This document shows, piece after piece, positions 60,441 through 64,000 of a stretch of DNA of 64,000 nt (the first letter of the stretch is position 1; every line of letters begins with the position of its first letter). The notes under the pieces were generated by a model that was not told where the DNA came from, searched no databases, and saw only the letters and a program-made list of their open reading frames with translations. Origin of the DNA: an uncultured Microthrixaceae bacterium (GTDB taxonomy: Bacteria; Actinomycetota; Acidimicrobiia; Acidimicrobiales; VFJN01); the NCBI GenBank assembly GCA_963846555.1, contig CAWJWI010000004.1, positions 2,043,616 through 2,107,615 on the forward strand. Direction: 5' to 3'. The translations under genes were made by a program, and so were the position numbers.

Positions 60441-61598
60441 TCAAGAACGCGGCAGCGAGATGCCGAGGAGCGCGGCTGCGGCGGACACGCCGTGGCCCGC
60501 CGCGGCGGCGGCGTCGATGGCGGCGACCGCACCGGGGGTGTCGAGGTCGTCGTCGAGCCGGCCCGGACCTCGTCGAGCCCGCCGTCACCTCGCCGGCGGC
60601 CCGCCAGCGCTCGAGCCGCTCGGCGGCGCGCGGCATCCGGGTGTCGTCCCACTCCCACGCCGTGCGGTAGTGGTTCTCGACGATCAGGAGCCGGATGGCC
60701 ATCGGGCTCCCACTCCTTGCGCAGCTCGGAGACGAACACGAGGTTGCCGAGCGACTTCGACATCTTCTCGCCGTCCATGCGGACCATGGCCTGGTGCATC
60801 CAGTGGCGCACGAACGGCTCGCCGGTGGCTGCCTCGGACTGGGCCCGCTCGCACTCGTGGTGCGGGAAGATCAGGTCGGCTGCCGCCGCCGTGCAGGTCG
60901 ATCGTGGTGCCGAGCTCCCGCAGGGCGAGCGCCGAGCACTCGATGTGCCAGCCCGGGCGGCCCGGGCCCCAGAGCGTGTCCCAGGACGGCTCGTCCTCGA
61001 GCGACGGCTGCCAGAGCACGAAGTCGAGCGGATCGCGCTTGTGGGGGTCGTCGACGTTGCCGCCCCGCTCGGCGGCGAGCGCCAGCATCTCCTCGCGGGA
61101 GTAGCCCGAGACGGAGCCGAAGTCCGGGAAGCGAGGAGACGTCGAAGTAGACGGCTCCCCCGGCCTGGTAGGCGTGGCCGCGGTCGAGCACCATGCCGAT
61201 GAAGCCGCGGATGTCGGCGATGGCCGAGGTGGCCCGGGGCTCGCTCCACGACTCGAGCATCCCGAGGGCGGCCATGTCGTCGTCGAAGCGGGCCGTCTCG
61301 GCCGCGGCGAGGTCGAGGTAGTGCACGCCGAGCTCGCGGGCCTTGCCCAGGATCGAGTCGTCGACGTCGGTGATGTTGCGCACGCAGCGGCGTCTCGTGG
61401 CCGAGGTCGCGCAGCCGGCGCTGCAGCACGTCGTAGGTGACGTAGACGGCGGCGTGACCGAGGTGGGTGGCGTCGTAGGGCGTGATGCCGCACGTGTACA
61501 TGCGTGACGACCGGCCCGGGCTGGAAGGGCACGACCTCGCGTCGGGCCGTGCACCAGAGGCGCATCGGCCCCTCCCCCGCCGTCACCATCGGAGTCAT
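60441..61598 (-). CDS. mshC: Cysteine ligase of the CysS class-I family, MshC-like (5 or more frame interruptions)
   Basis: [125 protein letters not shown] and the terminal [11 protein letters not shown]. At ~386 codons, with no CysS anticodon-binding domain, it fits MshC better than CysS. Its ATG overlaps the upstream stop (ATGA). Confidence 0.7.
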
Positions 61599-62254
61599 TC
61601 CGGGATGCTGGTGAACTTCACCGCGACGCGGGTCTTGTAGCGCACGTTGAGCTGCAGCAGCACGGCGGTGAACGACTCGATGGGGGTGGCCAGCGACAGC
61701 TCACCGCAGTCGAGCGGGCCGCATGTTCGGGATCTTGGCGACGAGGTCGGCGGTGGTCTGGCTGGCGGCCGGGAAGTCCGAGCAGATCAGCACGTCGCTC
61801 TCGATCGGGTGGTCGAGGTCGCCGAGCTCCTTGGCCGGGACGTGGTGGAGCCCGGCGGCCACGTAGCTCTTGGGCAGCACGGCCTGCACGCTGGCGGCCA
61901 CCGACCCACGGGGCGGCACGAGGGGCTGGAACTCCTTGCCGATCCGGGTGAGGGCGTTGGCCATCGAGATGACGACCTTGCCCCGCAGCTGCGCCTCGAC
62001 CGACTGCGCCGTCTGCGTCGGCGCCGTCCCACGGCGTGGCGATGACGACGAGATCGGCCTCGGCCGCGTCCTGCGTTGTCGCCCGCCTCGATCGTCAGCT
62101 CCCGGTCGGGCCAGCGGGCCAGCAGCCCGTCGACGGCCTCCATGGCCCGGTACTTCGACCGCGAGCCGACGACCGTCTCGAACCCCACCGATGCCAGCCG
62201 GGCGGCCAGGGCGCTCCCCGCCGGACCCGTGCCACCAAGGATCCCGATGCGCAT
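61595..62254 (-). CDS. NADPH-dependent F420 reductase / NADP oxidoreductase family (2-3 frame interruptions)
   Basis: The Rossmann start is [21 protein letters not shown]...VVGSRS, followed by [27 protein letters not shown] and the tail [12 protein letters not shown]...KFTSIPE*. The total is 220 codons. Confidence 0.65.
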
Positions 62255-62341
62255 CGGCGACACCGTAGCGGCGGCGCTCCCGCGAGCTGCAGTCCGCGCC
62301 CGGGCCGTAACGGGCGAGCCGCGCCTGGCAGTCTCTACGGC

Positions 62342-63120
62342 CATGTCCCTCCTCGACGGCAAGCGCATCCTCGTCACCGGCGTCCTCACCGACGCCTCCC
62401 TCGCCTTCGGCGTGGCCCAGCTGGCCCAGGAGCAGGGCGCCGAGGTGATCCTCACCGGCGCCGGCCGCGGCCTCTCGCTCACGCAGCGGACGGCCCGCAA
62501 GCTCGCCACCGAGGCCGAGGTGCTCGAGCTCGACGTCACCGTCACCCGAGCAGGTCGCTGCCGTGCGCGACGCCCTCGGCGAGCGCTGGGGCCGGGTCGA
62601 CGGCGCCCTCCACGCCATCGGGTTCGCCCCGCCGTCGTGCCTCGGCGGCGGCTTCCTCGACGCCCCCTGGGAGGACGTGGCCGTGGCCATGCAGATCTCG
62701 GCCTACTCGCTGAAGACGCTGGCCGACGTCGTCGTGCCGCACATGTCCGACGGCGGGTCGATCGTGGGCCTCGACTTCGACAACAGCCGCCAGGCCTGGC
62801 CGGCCTACGACTGGATGGGCGTGGCCAAGGCGGCCCTCGAGTCGACGTCGCGCTACCTGGCCCGCGACCTCGGGCCCAAGGGCATCCGCGTGAACCTCGT
62901 GGCCGCCGGGCCCGATCAAGACCCTGGCCGCCAAGTCGATCCCCGGGTTCTCCAAGTTCGAGGACGTGTGGGACGAGCGCAGCCCCGCTCGGCTGGGACG
63001 TCAAGGCGCGACGCCGACGCTGTCGCCGCGTCCTGCGTGGCCCTGCTCTCCGACTGGTTCCCGAAGACGACGGGCGAGATCGTCCACGTCGACGGCGGCT
63101 TCCACGCGGTCGCGACCTGA
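62342..63120 (+). CDS. inhA: NADH-dependent enoyl-ACP reductase, InhA/FabI family (about 3 frame interruptions)
   Basis: LLDGKRILVTGVLTDASLAFGVA, HAIGFAP, the catalytic Tyr/Lys context YDWMGVAKAALES, IRVNLVAAGP and GEIVHVDGG. Confidence 0.8.
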
Positions 63121-63121
63121 G

Positions 63122-64000
63122 CTAGGTGGCTGGGTCGTCGAGCCAGGACGGGTTGGCGACCAGGAGCTTGTCCCGGACGACTGGCGCCACTGCCTGGCGG
63201 ACCTCCTCGGTGCGGTCGTCGAGCTCGCCGCTGCGGATCCTGGTCGCCAGCTCGGCGTCGTCGCCGCAGCCCAGGTCGACCAGTCGGGCCCGGTGGGCAT
63301 CGGTGAGGGCCGGCTCGAGCGCGATCTCCCGCTCCACCATCCGCAGGGCGTTGGTGGCCACGCGGGCGTGGAACGACAGCCGGCCCTCGGTGCCCTCCCG
63401 CACATCGCCGTCGACCCACTCGCGGACCGCCTCGACGAGCTCGGCCAGGGTGGGACGGTCGTGCAGAGCGGCACCGCGGCGACGCCGGGGGCGGGTCCTC
63501 GCTGGGCAGCGGGCCGCCGGGCAGCAGGGCCAGCAGGTCCCACTCGTTCTCGCAGACGCGGCGGCCGATGGTGGCCAGCTCCACCGAACGGGTCGCCCCG
63601 CTGAGGTGGCCCCATGCCTGCATCACGCAGATCACACCCCACTTGAGGGTGCCGAGCACCTCCCACCAGCGCAGGGCCCCTCGATCGACCGTCGGTGCCC
63701 GACGCCGCCTCGTAGGCGGCCACCAGGTCGTCGCGCGTGGCGACGCCGCCAGCGGGGAGCGGCGATCCGAACCGCCAGGCCCGCACGCAGAACCAACCCA
63801 GGTCCTCCAGCGGGTCGCCGAGGTGGGCCAGCTCCCAGTCGAGGACGGCCCGCAGGCCCTCGGCGTCGACGAGGAGGTTGCCGAGGCGGAGGTCACCGTG
63901 GACGACCGTGCGCCGGGCCTGCTGCGGCCGGTTGGCCTCCAGCCAGCGCGAAGCCCAGCTCGAAGGCCGGGTGCGGCTCGCCCAGCGCGTCGAGCACCGC
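63122..64000 (-). CDS. Phosphotransferase (APH/choline-kinase-like) family protein; the 5' end lies beyond the window, with several frame interruptions
   Basis: Stitched pieces read HGDLRLGNLLVD...VLDWELAHLGDPLEDLG (Brenner and DxD-type motifs), RWWEVLGTLKWGVICV and the intact C-terminal ORF 63122..63403 (SFHARVATNALRMVEREIAL...). Confidence 0.65.

Noticed and set aside
9663-64000. The possibility that the frame breaks represent genuine pseudogenisation (M. leprae-like decay) or programmed ribosomal frameshifting.
   Set aside because: alaS, aspS, hisS, thrS, secD and ruvABC are all hit, some 10 or more times. There are no large deletions or stop-codon substitutions. The reconstructable sites are homopolymer length changes. 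No slippery-heptamer/pseudoknot pattern recurs. Error is the parsimonious explanation, but it needs read-level confirmation.

Overview
This is a 64-kb high-GC actinobacterial chromosomal segment, mostly transcribed on the minus strand. Hand counts of sampled 60-nt lines give about 70-77% GC. From memory, the gene order follows the conserved housekeeping array of Mycobacterium tuberculosis Rv2533c-Rv2614c: nusB-efp-pepQ-aroQ-aroB-aroK-aroC ... aroE-mltG-ruvX-alaS ... rarA ... aspS ... hisS ... relA-secF-secD ... ruvB-ruvA-ruvC ... yebC-pdxT-pdxS ... pimA-acyltransferase-pgsA ... HIT-thrS. It then continues with plsC, an MshC-like ligase, an F420/NADP reductase, an InhA-like reductase and a partial phosphotransferase. 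The interesting parts are the departures from this backbone. (1) A three-gene pilus-like module sits inside the shikimate operon: an A24 prepilin peptidase, a PilT-like ATPase with an N-terminal T2SSE_N/MshEN-like domain and degenerate catalytic motifs, and a DUF4388 protein. (2) A DUF559/AbiEi-like gene is bracketed by 50-bp inverted copies of a palindromic repeat, and a third, perfect copy lies at 56.35 kb. (3) An accessory block at 21.4-32.9 kb carries three class III cyclase loci (one a remnant) and includes a lower-GC stress sub-island (DUF2254, GlsB, MscS). (4) nusB is fused to a HAD hydrolase domain. (5) An SD-sequestering hairpin lies in front of glsB. A major caveat is that from about 9.7 kb onward, and very densely after 39 kb, most genes are split over two or three frames by +/-1 indels. 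This includes alaS, aspS, hisS, thrS, ruvABC and secD. By eye I count well over 100 shifts, and the ones I could reconstruct fall in G/C homopolymers. This looks like sequence or assembly error rather than biology. For those genes I give full-length spans rebuilt by stitching ORF-track fragments, so their boundaries are approximate. I found no rRNA, tRNA or CRISPR.
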